Below, piece after piece: positions 9,174 through 16,591 of a stretch of 32,000 nt of DNA (positions are counted from its first letter, which is position 1; the number at the start of each line of letters is the position of its first letter). The notes under the pieces were generated by a model. That model saw only the letters and a list, made by a program, of their open reading frames with translations. It was not told the DNA's origin and ran no database searches. The translations under genes and the position numbers were made by a program. Source of the stretch: Pseudomonas aeruginosa (GTDB lineage Bacteria > Pseudomonadota > Gammaproteobacteria > Pseudomonadales > Pseudomonadaceae); NCBI RefSeq assembly GCF_001457615.1, contig NZ_LN831024.1, positions 6,270,001 through 6,302,000 of the forward strand, in the 5' to 3' direction.

Positions 9174-9542
9174 ATGCGTCCGTTCCTGTTCTTCCTGTCC
9201 TGCCTGCCGGGCCTGGCCCTGGCCGAAGCCTGCATCGTCCATAGCCAGGCGAAGAATCTCGACGTGAAGGTCTGCCAGCAGAACCGCAGCATCCCGGCCA
9301 AGCTGTTCCACGAAGGCTTCTGCCAGCCACAACTGCAGGGCCAGAAGGTCGAGGTGACGTTCGCCGAGGAGTGTCCGACGGGCGCCTTCGGTGTCTGCCG
9401 CGACGCCAGGGTACCCAACGCGCCCTATCGGCAGGACATCTTCTACTACGGCATCGCGACCGACGCACGCTACCTGGAGCCGTTCTGCGCCAGCCAGAGC
9501 CAAGGTCGCTGGGAAGAGCCTAGCGCCGCGAAAAAGCCCTGA
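9174..9542 (+). CDS. Small Cys-containing exported protein of unknown function
   Basis: 122 aa; signal peptide MRPFLFFLSCLPGLALAEA followed by a Cys-rich mature region. Confidence 0.75.
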   Translation: MRPFLFFLSCLPGLALAEACIVHSQAKNLDVKVCQQNRSIPAKLFHEGFCQPQLQGQKVEVTFAEECPTGAFGVCRDARVPNAPYRQDIFYYGIATDARYLEPFCASQSQGRWEEPSAAKKP

Positions 9543-9640
9543 GCGCGTCATCAGCCTGTCACAGCGTCAGGGCTAAATGGGAGTCGGGTACCTCAGCACC
9601 CTTCGTCCCCATCCCCAAGGTAGGACGACTTTTTGGTGAT

Positions 9641-9667
9641 AGGCCATCTGCGGATGGCCTTTTTTTA
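9641..9667 (+). terminator. Strong intrinsic terminator
   Basis: aggccatc-tgcg-gatggcct followed by an uninterrupted T tract; about 100 nt beyond the upstream stop codon. Confidence 0.8.
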
Positions 9668-9694
9668 TTCCTCGAAAGACACTTGTCCACAGGC

Positions 9695-10336
9695 TCAGGC
9701 AAGCCAGTCCAGGGTCAACAGCAGGCGCGCCAGCCCAGGCTCCGCTCGCGGCGAGCGATGCACCAGCCCGGCACCTTCGTTACCCTCCCAGCGTTCGCCC
9801 TTGAGCAGCGCCACGTCGCCCGTGGACAAGCTGTGGATAAGCTGTTCATCGACAACTTCAGCCTGCGCTCCGCCAAGAAGCCGACGGTCCAGGCCGGACT
9901 CGTCCAGCCATTCGCTGGCGGCGCCCTGGTAGGTGGTGACCAGCCGCAGCGGCACGTGGTCGACGTGGAAACGCGGGCACATCGGTTTATCCAGAACGCG
10001 CAGGCGCAGGCCGATACGCCGCGCCCCGGTCAGGCAGGAGAAGGCCTCGACCAGCCAGCCCAGGTCGTCGAGGAAATCGGTTTGTCCCGGCAGTTGCTGC
10101 GCGTCGAGCAGGCCGTCCAAGACGGGTAGCCGTTCCTCTTCCATCTCCAGCGTCTGGCTCAGCGCCAGTCCCGGCCGGTTGCGCACCAGGGCGGCGGCGA
10201 AGTCGCGCAGCGCCGGGCTCAACCGGCGTGTCCAGACCGCCAGGTTGACGCCCTCGCGAAGCACCTCGGCCAGCACCTGGGGGTCGTCATCGAACGCCTG
10301 GCACGGCAACGGTTTTTCCTGCGGCAGTGCGCTCAT
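9695..10336 (-). CDS. DUF1826-like conserved protein, last gene of dksA2 operon
   Basis: 213 aa; overlaps the start-proximal gene by 4 nt (ATGA, 10333-10336); motif [19 protein letters not shown] ... VHRSP ... RLLLTLDW. Confidence 0.75.
   Translation of the reverse strand: MSALPQEKPLPCQAFDDDPQVLAEVLREGVNLAVWTRRLSPALRDFAAALVRNRPGLALSQTLEMEEERLPVLDGLLDAQQLPGQTDFLDDLGWLVEAFSCLTGARRIGLRLRVLDKPMCPRFHVDHVPLRLVTTYQGAASEWLDESGLDRRLLGGAQAEVVDEQLIHSLSTGDVALLKGERWEGNEGAGLVHRSPRAEPGLARLLLTLDWLA
9832..9840 (-). other. Exact DnaA-box 9-mer TTATCCACA (inside DUF1826 CDS)
   Basis: tgtggataa on the + strand. Confidence 0.55.
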
Positions 10337-11535
10337 GCGGCGTGCCCCCAGTCCTCGAAGGGGTCGTCCAGGCCCTGCCAGCCGGGGATGCCCAGGTTCA
10401 TCTCGGCGTCATCCAGCAGGCAGGCGTCCAGGGCTGCGCGCAGGGCCGCGAAGTCCAGGTTCTGACCGATGAAAACCAGCTCCTGGCGACAGTCGCCGAC
10501 GCCTTCCTCCCAGTGCCGCATGATCGCCCGCAGGCCCTCTTCGTCCTGTGGCCACTGTCCGGTCGGCACGAAGCGCCACCAGCGGCCCGCCAGGCCGTAG
10601 CGCATCAGGCCGCCGGCCTGCGACCAGCTGCCGGCCTCGCGGGGCCGGCTGGCGAGCCAGAAGAAGCCCTTGGAGCGCAGCAGCCGCCCCTGCTTCAGCG
10701 GATTGTGCAGGAAGGCGTGGAAGCGCGCGGGGTGGAACGGCCGGCGCGCCCGGTAGGCCATGGAGGCGATGCCATATTCCTCGGTTTCCGGCAGGTGCTC
10801 GCCGCGCAGTTCCTTCAGCCAGCCCGGCGCGGACGCCGCGCGATCGAAATCGAAGCGACCGGTATCGAGGATCTTCGCCAGCGGCACCTGACCCATCACC
10901 ATCGGCAGGATCTCCGCCTCGGCATTGAGCTGGCGCAGGATCGCCAGCAGTTCCTCGCGCTGCTCGCTGGAGATCAGGTCGATCTTGCTGACCAGGATCA
11001 CGTCGGCGAATTCGACCTGGTCGATCAGCAGGTCGGTGATCGAGCGCTGATCCTCCTCACCGAGGGTTTCGCCACGACTGGCCAGGCTGGCGGCCTCCTG
11101 GTAGTCGCGGAGAAAATTCATCCCGTCGACCACCGTGACCATGGTATCCAGTCGCGCCACGTCGGACAGGCTGCGGTCCAGCTCGTCGCGGAAGGTGAAG
11201 GTCTCGGCCACCGGCATCGGTTCGGAAATCCCGGTGGACTCGATCAGCAGGTAGTCGAAGCGGCCTTCCCGGGCGAGACGGCCGACCTCTTCCAGCAGGT
11301 CTTCGCGCAGGGTGCAGCAGATACAGCCGTTGCTCATCTCCACCAGGCGTTCTTCAGCGCGGTTCAGGCTGACATCGCGCTGGACCTCGCTGCCATCGAT
11401 ATTGATTTCGCTCATATCGTTGACGATCACCGCAACCCGTCGGTTCTCGCGGTTCTTCAGCACATGGTTGAGCAGCGTGCTCTTGCCGGCGCCGAGAAAG
11501 CCGGACAGCACGGTGACAGGTAGGCGTTGGTTCAC
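10333..11535 (-). CDS. COG0523 (CobW-domain) GTPase, zinc-responsive type
   Basis: 400 aa from GTG 11535 ([28 protein letters not shown]...); metal motif [17 protein letters not shown]; 14 nt downstream of dksA2. Confidence 0.88.
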   Translation of the reverse strand: MNQRLPVTVLSGFLGAGKSTLLNHVLKNRENRRVAVIVNDMSEINIDGSEVQRDVSLNRAEERLVEMSNGCICCTLREDLLEEVGRLAREGRFDYLLIESTGISEPMPVAETFTFRDELDRSLSDVARLDTMVTVVDGMNFLRDYQEAASLASRGETLGEEDQRSITDLLIDQVEFADVILVSKIDLISSEQREELLAILRQLNAEAEILPMVMGQVPLAKILDTGRFDFDRAASAPGWLKELRGEHLPETEEYGIASMAYRARRPFHPARFHAFLHNPLKQGRLLRSKGFFWLASRPREAGSWSQAGGLMRYGLAGRWWRFVPTGQWPQDEEGLRAIMRHWEEGVGDCRQELVFIGQNLDFAALRAALDACLLDDAEMNLGIPGWQGLDDPFEDWGHAA

Positions 11536-11549
11536 GGTTGGTAACCTCT

Positions 11550-11954
11550 TCAGTTGTGCCGCACGTGGCGTTCGCGCTTCTCCTGGCGCTCTTTCGCCTC
11601 GATGCAGAGGGTGGCGGTGGGACGCAACAGCAGGCGGCGCAGGCCGATCGGCTCGCCGGTTTCCTGGCACCAGCCGTAGTCGCCGCGGGCCAGGCGCTCC
11701 AGCGCTTCGTCGATCTTGTCGAGCAGCTTCTTCTCCCGCTCCAGCAGGCGAAGTTGCCATTGCCGCTGTTCCTCGCGGGAAGCCAGGTCGGCCTCGTCGC
11801 TGGGGCGTTCGAGATCGCGCAGCTCGCCGAATTCGCCTTCGATGCGCGCCTGAAGTTCCTGGCGCTGACGCAGCAGCAGGTCGCGGAAGAAGTCCTGCTG
11901 GGCTTCGTCCATGTAGGCAGCGTCGGGCTGGGCAAGCAGTTCCTGTTCGGTCAT
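11550..11954 (-). CDS. dksA2: DksA2, DksA paralog lacking the full Cys4 zinc finger
   Basis: 134 aa DksA/TraR protein; finger reads [34 protein letters not shown], i.e. CxxT...CxxA rather than CxxC...CxxC. Confidence 0.93.
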   Translation of the reverse strand: MTEQELLAQPDAAYMDEAQQDFFRDLLLRQRQELQARIEGEFGELRDLERPSDEADLASREEQRQWQLRLLEREKKLLDKIDEALERLARGDYGWCQETGEPIGLRRLLLRPTATLCIEAKERQEKRERHVRHN

Positions 11955-11975
11955 GGGCTGAACCTGGGAAATTTA

Positions 11976-11996
11976 AAACGTTATACTATAACAATT
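11976..11996. promoter_or_regulatory. Zur-like box between dksA2 operon and the exported-protein gene
   Basis: AAACGTTATACTATAACAATT with perfect GTTATA-C-TATAAC core (11980-11992); 26 nt upstream of the dksA2 ATG; 17/21 identical to 13692-13712. Confidence 0.85.
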
Positions 11997-12066
11997 AACA
12001 CCACAATCGATGGCCCGCCAATCGCCTTCCGGCTACCCTGGGCCCACGTCATCCCGGGATCCACCG

Positions 12067-12483
12067 ATGCGCCGCGTCCTCCGCCTTTACTGCCTGGCCC
12101 TCCTGCTGCTCGCTCCGGCGGCACAGGCGCAGGGCTTTCTTCCCGGCACCCGCCCGGCGGAATGCGCTTACCTGCGCACCGTTCTGGCCTGCATGGATCG
12201 GCTGGGCAACCACTACAGCGTCGCCACCGGCGGCAACGACACCTGGCTGCGCGGCTACGACGCGGCGAGCGGACGACGCTGGGCCCAGACCAATACGCGC
12301 TACGGGCGCCTGACCTTCTTCAGCGGCATCGCCAGCGATGGGGAAATCTGGGTCGGCCTCAGCCGCAACATCGGCTGGACCAGCATCAGCCGCCTGAGCA
12401 GTTCATCGGGCCAGCGCCAACGCCTGACCTGCGGGCGGGTCAGCGGCTGCAGCGAAGGCCCTAGCCGGGAGGCTGCGCGCTGA
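12067..12483 (+). CDS. Small exported protein of unknown function, putatively Zur-controlled
   Basis: 138 aa from ATG 12067; signal peptide MRRVLRLYCLALLLLAPAAQA; mature protein with several Cys; 3' end overlaps the amidase gene convergently by 23 nt. Confidence 0.7.
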   Translation: MRRVLRLYCLALLLLAPAAQAQGFLPGTRPAECAYLRTVLACMDRLGNHYSVATGGNDTWLRGYDAASGRRWAQTNTRYGRLTFFSGIASDGEIWVGLSRNIGWTSISRLSSSSGQRQRLTCGRVSGCSEGPSREAAR

Positions 12484-13654
12484 GCGCCGCCAGGTAGCTG
12501 CCGGCGGGAGGGCGTTGCCGGAAGTAGCCCTGCACGCCAGCGAAGATCGCCTCGGCCAGGCGCTGGCGATGGCGTTCGTCCATCAACCGGCGACAATCGC
12601 CGCGATTCGAGATGAAGCCGGTCTCCACCAGGATCGAAGGGATGTCCGGCGACTTGAGCACGGCGAAGCCGGCCTGCTCGACACGCTTCTGGTGCAGCGC
12701 GGTGACGTCCGACAACTGGCCGAGAACGCTGTGGCCGAGGTCCAGGCTGCTGGCGATGGTCGAACTCAGGGCCATGTCGAGGATCACCCCGGCGAGTACC
12801 TTGTCGCGGCCCTGTAGCGGCAGGTTGCCGCTGTTGCCGATCAGGTCGGCGCCGTTCTCGCGCTCGGCCATCCAGCGCGACATGGTCGAGCTGGCGCCAT
12901 GCTCGGAGAGGGCATATACCGACGCGCCGGAGGCGGTCAGTCGCGGCGCCGCGTCGGCGTGCACCGAAACGAACATGTCGGCGTTGTAGCGCCGGGCCAC
13001 TTCCGGCCGCTTGCGCAGCGGGACGAACACATCGCCGTTGCGCACCAGGCGCGCCTTGAAGCCTTTCTCACGGTCGATCCGCCGCGCCAGCAGGCGGGCG
13101 ATGGCCAGCGCCACGTCCTTTTCGCGCTCGCCCTTGCTACCGACCGCGCCGGGGTCCTTGCCGCCATGGCCGGCATCGACCACCACGAGGATGTCGCGGC
13201 CCGTCGAGGGTAGCGGGCGGGCCAGCGCCAGCATTGGCTCGGGGGGCGCCGCCAGCGCCTGTGGATATAGGTCCAGGACCAGGCGATGGCCCTTTCCCGC
13301 CTGCGGTTCCAGGGCGAAGCTGCGCGGCCTGACCGCTTGGCGCAGATCGAGGACGATGCGCGTCCCGCCGCCACCCAGTTGGCCACTGCGTATGGCGCGC
13401 ACGGGGCCGTCCAGCGGTAGCTCGGAGAGCGTTGCGAGCAATTGCGCGTCGGGCAGGTCGAGGATCAACCGCTCGGGGGCCTGCAGGGAAAAGGTTCGAT
13501 AACGCGGCGGGCCGTCCAGTTCCAGCACCAGGCGCCAGCTTTCCGAGGAATTCCAGGCCCGGGCCTGGCGGATTCGTACATTGGCGCTGGCGGCCAGGAA
13601 CGGCTGGAGGGCCAGGCCGGCGAGCAGGCTTTGCAGGAGACGACGGCGCTTCAT
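12461..13654 (-). CDS. amiA: N-acetylmuramoyl-L-alanine amidase (Amidase_3) with AMIN domain, exported
   Basis: 397 aa from ATG 13654 (MKRRRLLQSLLAGLALQPFLAASA); AMIN region then ILVVVDAGHGGKDPGAVGSKGEREKDVALAIARLL. Confidence 0.92.
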   Translation of the reverse strand: MKRRRLLQSLLAGLALQPFLAASANVRIRQARAWNSSESWRLVLELDGPPRYRTFSLQAPERLILDLPDAQLLATLSELPLDGPVRAIRSGQLGGGGTRIVLDLRQAVRPRSFALEPQAGKGHRLVLDLYPQALAAPPEPMLALARPLPSTGRDILVVVDAGHGGKDPGAVGSKGEREKDVALAIARLLARRIDREKGFKARLVRNGDVFVPLRKRPEVARRYNADMFVSVHADAAPRLTASGASVYALSEHGASSTMSRWMAERENGADLIGNSGNLPLQGRDKVLAGVILDMALSSTIASSLDLGHSVLGQLSDVTALHQKRVEQAGFAVLKSPDIPSILVETGFISNRGDCRRLMDERHRQRLAEAIFAGVQGYFRQRPPAGSYLAALSAQPPG

Positions 13655-13691
13655 CGACGAAATACCCGATTGCAAGGGTCGGCATTAGCTA

Positions 13692-13712
13692 ATACGTTAT
13701 ATTATAACATTC
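13692..13712. promoter_or_regulatory. Zur-like box in the amiA/folE2 divergent promoter region
   Basis: ATACGTTATATTATAACATTC with perfect GTTATA-T-TATAAC core (13696-13708); 42-46 nt from both start codons. Confidence 0.88.
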
Positions 13713-13753
13713 AAACCATTTCCAGGCCTTGCCTGCCCTTCTTCGAGTTCTCC

Positions 13754-14650
13754 ATGAATGCCTTGACGCTTCCCGATATCGCCCGCCAGACCACCACCGC
13801 CGATCTTCCCCTGGACTGGGTCGGCATGCAGGGCATCGCCCTTCCCGTGCAGATCGGCGGGCAGAGGGTCGCCGCCGAAGCCGATGCCGGTGTCAGCCTG
13901 GACGACCCGCAGGCCCGCGGCATCCATATGTCGCGCCTCTACCTGGCGCTGGCCGAACTGGAACAGGGCGAGCTGGACCTTTCCTGCCTGCGCGCCGTCC
14001 TGCAACGCTTCCTCGCCAGCCACGCCGGCCTGTCGCGTCGCGCCTACCTGCGCCTACGCCTCGCGCCGCTGCTGCGGCGTCCGGCGCTGGTCAGCCCGCT
14101 GAGCGGCTGGAAACGTTATCCACTGGTGCTGGACACGCGCCTGGAAGGCGATGACTTCCAGGCCGAAGTCCATCTCGAGCTGACCTACTCCTCAACCTGC
14201 CCCTGTTCGGCGGCACTGGCCCGGCAATTGATCCAGGAGCGCTTCGACCAGGACTTCGCCGGACAGCCGCTCGATCATGCCAGCGTGCTTGCGTGGCTCG
14301 GCAGCAGCGCCGGCATCGTCGCCACCCCGCACAGCCAGCGCAGCAGCGCGCACCTGCGCATCGGCCTGGCGGAAGACTGCATCGGACTGCCCCTGGAAGA
14401 GCTGGCGGATCTCGGCGAAAGCGCCCTCGGCACCGCGGTGCAGACTGCGGTGAAACGCGCCGACGAGCAGGCCTTCGCCCTCGCCAACGGGCAGAACCTG
14501 ATGTTCTGCGAGGACGCGGTGCGCCGGCTGCACCGCGCCCTGCAGGGCTATCCACAGGCGAGCCGGTTCTCCATACGGGTCGTCCATGCGGAAAGCCTGC
14601 ATGCCCATGACGCCGTCGCCGAAAGCCATTGGCAGCGAGGTGCAGCATGA
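13754..14650 (+). CDS. folE2: GTP cyclohydrolase FolE2 (type IB)
   Basis: 298 aa from ATG 13754; ADLPLDWVGMQGIALPV, GIHMSRLYLAL, ELTYSSTCPCSAALARQL, RSSAHLRIGL motifs of COG1469. Confidence 0.93.
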   Translation: MNALTLPDIARQTTTADLPLDWVGMQGIALPVQIGGQRVAAEADAGVSLDDPQARGIHMSRLYLALAELEQGELDLSCLRAVLQRFLASHAGLSRRAYLRLRLAPLLRRPALVSPLSGWKRYPLVLDTRLEGDDFQAEVHLELTYSSTCPCSAALARQLIQERFDQDFAGQPLDHASVLAWLGSSAGIVATPHSQRSSAHLRIGLAEDCIGLPLEELADLGESALGTAVQTAVKRADEQAFALANGQNLMFCEDAVRRLHRALQGYPQASRFSIRVVHAESLHAHDAVAESHWQRGAA

Positions 14651-15207
14651 TCCGCAAGAATCCCTCCGGCGACCTGCCGGTGATCGACGAATCGGCCTAT
14701 GTGGACAAGACCGCGATCATCTGCGGCAAGGTGATCATCCAGGCCAACGTCTTCGTCGGTCCCTACGCAGTGATCCGTGCCGACGAAGTCGACGCCGACG
14801 GCGGCATGCAACCGATCGTGATCGGCGCCAACTCGAACATCCAGGACGGCGTGGTGATCCATTCCAAGTCGGGTGCCGCGGTGACCATCGGCGAGCACAG
14901 CTCCATCGCCCACCGCTCCATCGTCCACGGTCCTTGCGAAGTCGGCGACCGGGTCTTCATCGGCTTCAACAGCGTGCTGTTCAACTGCCGGGTCGGCGAT
15001 GGCTGCGTGGTCCGCCACAACGCGGTGGTCGACGGCTGCGACCTGCCAGCGGGTTTCTACGTACCGTCCACCGAGCGCATCGGTCCGCGCACCGACCTGG
15101 CGAGCATGCCGCGGGTCAGCGTTTCCGCCAGCGAGTTCTCGGAAGACGTGGCGCGCACCAACGTCGACCTGGTACGCGGCTACAAGTCGCTGCAGAACGA
15201 GTTCTGA
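14647..15207 (+). CDS. Gamma-class carbonic anhydrase-like left-handed beta-helix protein
   Basis: 186 aa; ATG overlaps folE2 stop by 4 nt; hexapeptide repeats and His triad context (VVIHSKSG...SIAHRSIVHGP). Confidence 0.88.
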   Translation: MIRKNPSGDLPVIDESAYVDKTAIICGKVIIQANVFVGPYAVIRADEVDADGGMQPIVIGANSNIQDGVVIHSKSGAAVTIGEHSSIAHRSIVHGPCEVGDRVFIGFNSVLFNCRVGDGCVVRHNAVVDGCDLPAGFYVPSTERIGPRTDLASMPRVSVSASEFSEDVARTNVDLVRGYKSLQNEF

Positions 15208-15209
15208 AC

Positions 15210-16547
15210 ATGCAAAGCCTGCTGATCCGCAATGCCCGGATGGTCAACGAGGGGCAGGTACGCGAAGGCGATCTGCTGGTCCGCCACGGTCGCATCGAAC
15301 GCATCGCCGGCTGCCTGGAAAACTGCGGCGCCAGCCGGGAGATCGATGCCGCCGGACGCTACCTGCTGCCGGGAATGATCGACGACCAGGTGCACTTCCG
15401 CGAGCCGGGTTATCCACAGAAGGGCTCGATCGCCAGCGAATCCCGCGCCGCCGTGGCGGGCGGCATCACCAGTTTCATGGACATGCCCAATACCCGCCCG
15501 GCGACGCTGAGCCTCGAAGCGCTGGCGGAAAAGAAGCGCCTCGCCGCCGCCCATAGCGTGGCCAACTTCGGTTTCCACTTCGGCGTCAGCCGCGACAACC
15601 TCGACACCGTGGCCGCCCTCGATCCACGCGAGGTCGCCGCGGTGAAGGTGTTCATGGGCGCCTCCACCGGCGACATGCTGGTGGACGACCTGCCGACCCT
15701 GGAGCGCCTGTTCGCCAGCGTTCCGACCCTGCTGCTGAGCCATTGCGAAGACACGCCGCGGATCGAAGCCAACCTGGCGCGCTGGCGACAACGCTTCGGT
15801 GAACGTATTCCGGCAGCCGCCCACCCGCGCATTCGCGACGCCGAGGCTTGCTACCGTTCCACCGCCCTGGCGGTGGAACTGGCGCAACGACATGGCACGC
15901 TGCTGCATGTCCTGCACTTATCCACAGCGCGTGAACTGGCCCTGTTCGAGGACAAGCCGCTGTGCCAGAAACGCATCACCGCGGAAGTCTGCGTCCACCA
16001 TCTGCTGTTCGACGACAGCGACTACGCCCGCCTCGGCCATCTGCTCAAGTGCAACCCGGCGATCAAGAGCCGCGAGGACCGCGACGCCCTGCGCAGGGCG
16101 CTGGCCGGCAACCGCCTGGACGTGATCGGCACCGACCACGCGCCGCACGCCTGGGCCGAGAAGCAGCAGGCTTATCCACAGGCGCCGGCCGGCCTGCCAC
16201 TGGTCCAGCATGCGTTGCCGGCACTCCTGGAGCTGGTCCGCGAAGGCTGGCTGTCGCTTGCCACCCTGGTGGCGAAGACCAGCCACCGGGTCGCCGAACT
16301 GTTCGCCATCGCCGATCGCGGTTTCCTCCGCGAAGGTTACTGGGCCGACCTGGTGCTGGTCAGCGAACTGGAGCACCCGGCGCTGGCCAGCGCCATGCCG
16401 CTGCTGTCGCGCTGCAACTGGACGCCGTTCCGCCACCGGGCATTCCACCATCGGATCGATACCACCATCGTCTCCGGGCAACTCGCCTGGCACGCGGGAC
16501 GCCTGTCCGACGATTGCCAGGGACTGCCCCTGCGGTTTTCCCGCTGA
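15210..16547 (+). CDS. pyrQ: Dihydroorotase paralog
   Basis: 445 aa from ATG 15210; GMIDDQVHFREPGYPQKGSIASESRAAVAGGITSFMDMPNT, VKVFMGASTGDML, VIGTDHAPH. Confidence 0.9.
   Translation: MQSLLIRNARMVNEGQVREGDLLVRHGRIERIAGCLENCGASREIDAAGRYLLPGMIDDQVHFREPGYPQKGSIASESRAAVAGGITSFMDMPNTRPATLSLEALAEKKRLAAAHSVANFGFHFGVSRDNLDTVAALDPREVAAVKVFMGASTGDMLVDDLPTLERLFASVPTLLLSHCEDTPRIEANLARWRQRFGERIPAAAHPRIRDAEACYRSTALAVELAQRHGTLLHVLHLSTARELALFEDKPLCQKRITAEVCVHHLLFDDSDYARLGHLLKCNPAIKSREDRDALRRALAGNRLDVIGTDHAPHAWAEKQQAYPQAPAGLPLVQHALPALLELVREGWLSLATLVAKTSHRVAELFAIADRGFLREGYWADLVLVSELEHPALASAMPLLSRCNWTPFRHRAFHHRIDTTIVSGQLAWHAGRLSDDCQGLPLRFSR
15410..15418 (+). other. Exact DnaA-box 9-mer TTATCCACA (inside dihydroorotase CDS)
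   Basis: ggTTATCCACAga, encoding G-Y-P-Q. Confidence 0.55.
15918..15926 (+). other. Exact DnaA-box 9-mer TTATCCACA (inside dihydroorotase CDS, in codon frame TTA-TCC-ACA)
   Basis: cacTTATCCACAgcg; uses rare TTA (Leu) and ACA (Thr) codons. Confidence 0.6.
16172..16180 (+). other. Exact DnaA-box 9-mer TTATCCACA (inside dihydroorotase CDS)
   Basis: gcTTATCCACAgg, encoding A-Y-P-Q. Confidence 0.55.
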
Positions 16548-16591
16548 AGTCTTGTCCACAGCCTGCTGTGGATATCCGTTAGCCCACGGCC

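Noticed and set aside
14586-16547. 653-aa version of the dihydroorotase
   Set aside because: The upstream 200 residues overlap folE2 and gamma-CA out of frame; conserved protein starts at ATG 15210.
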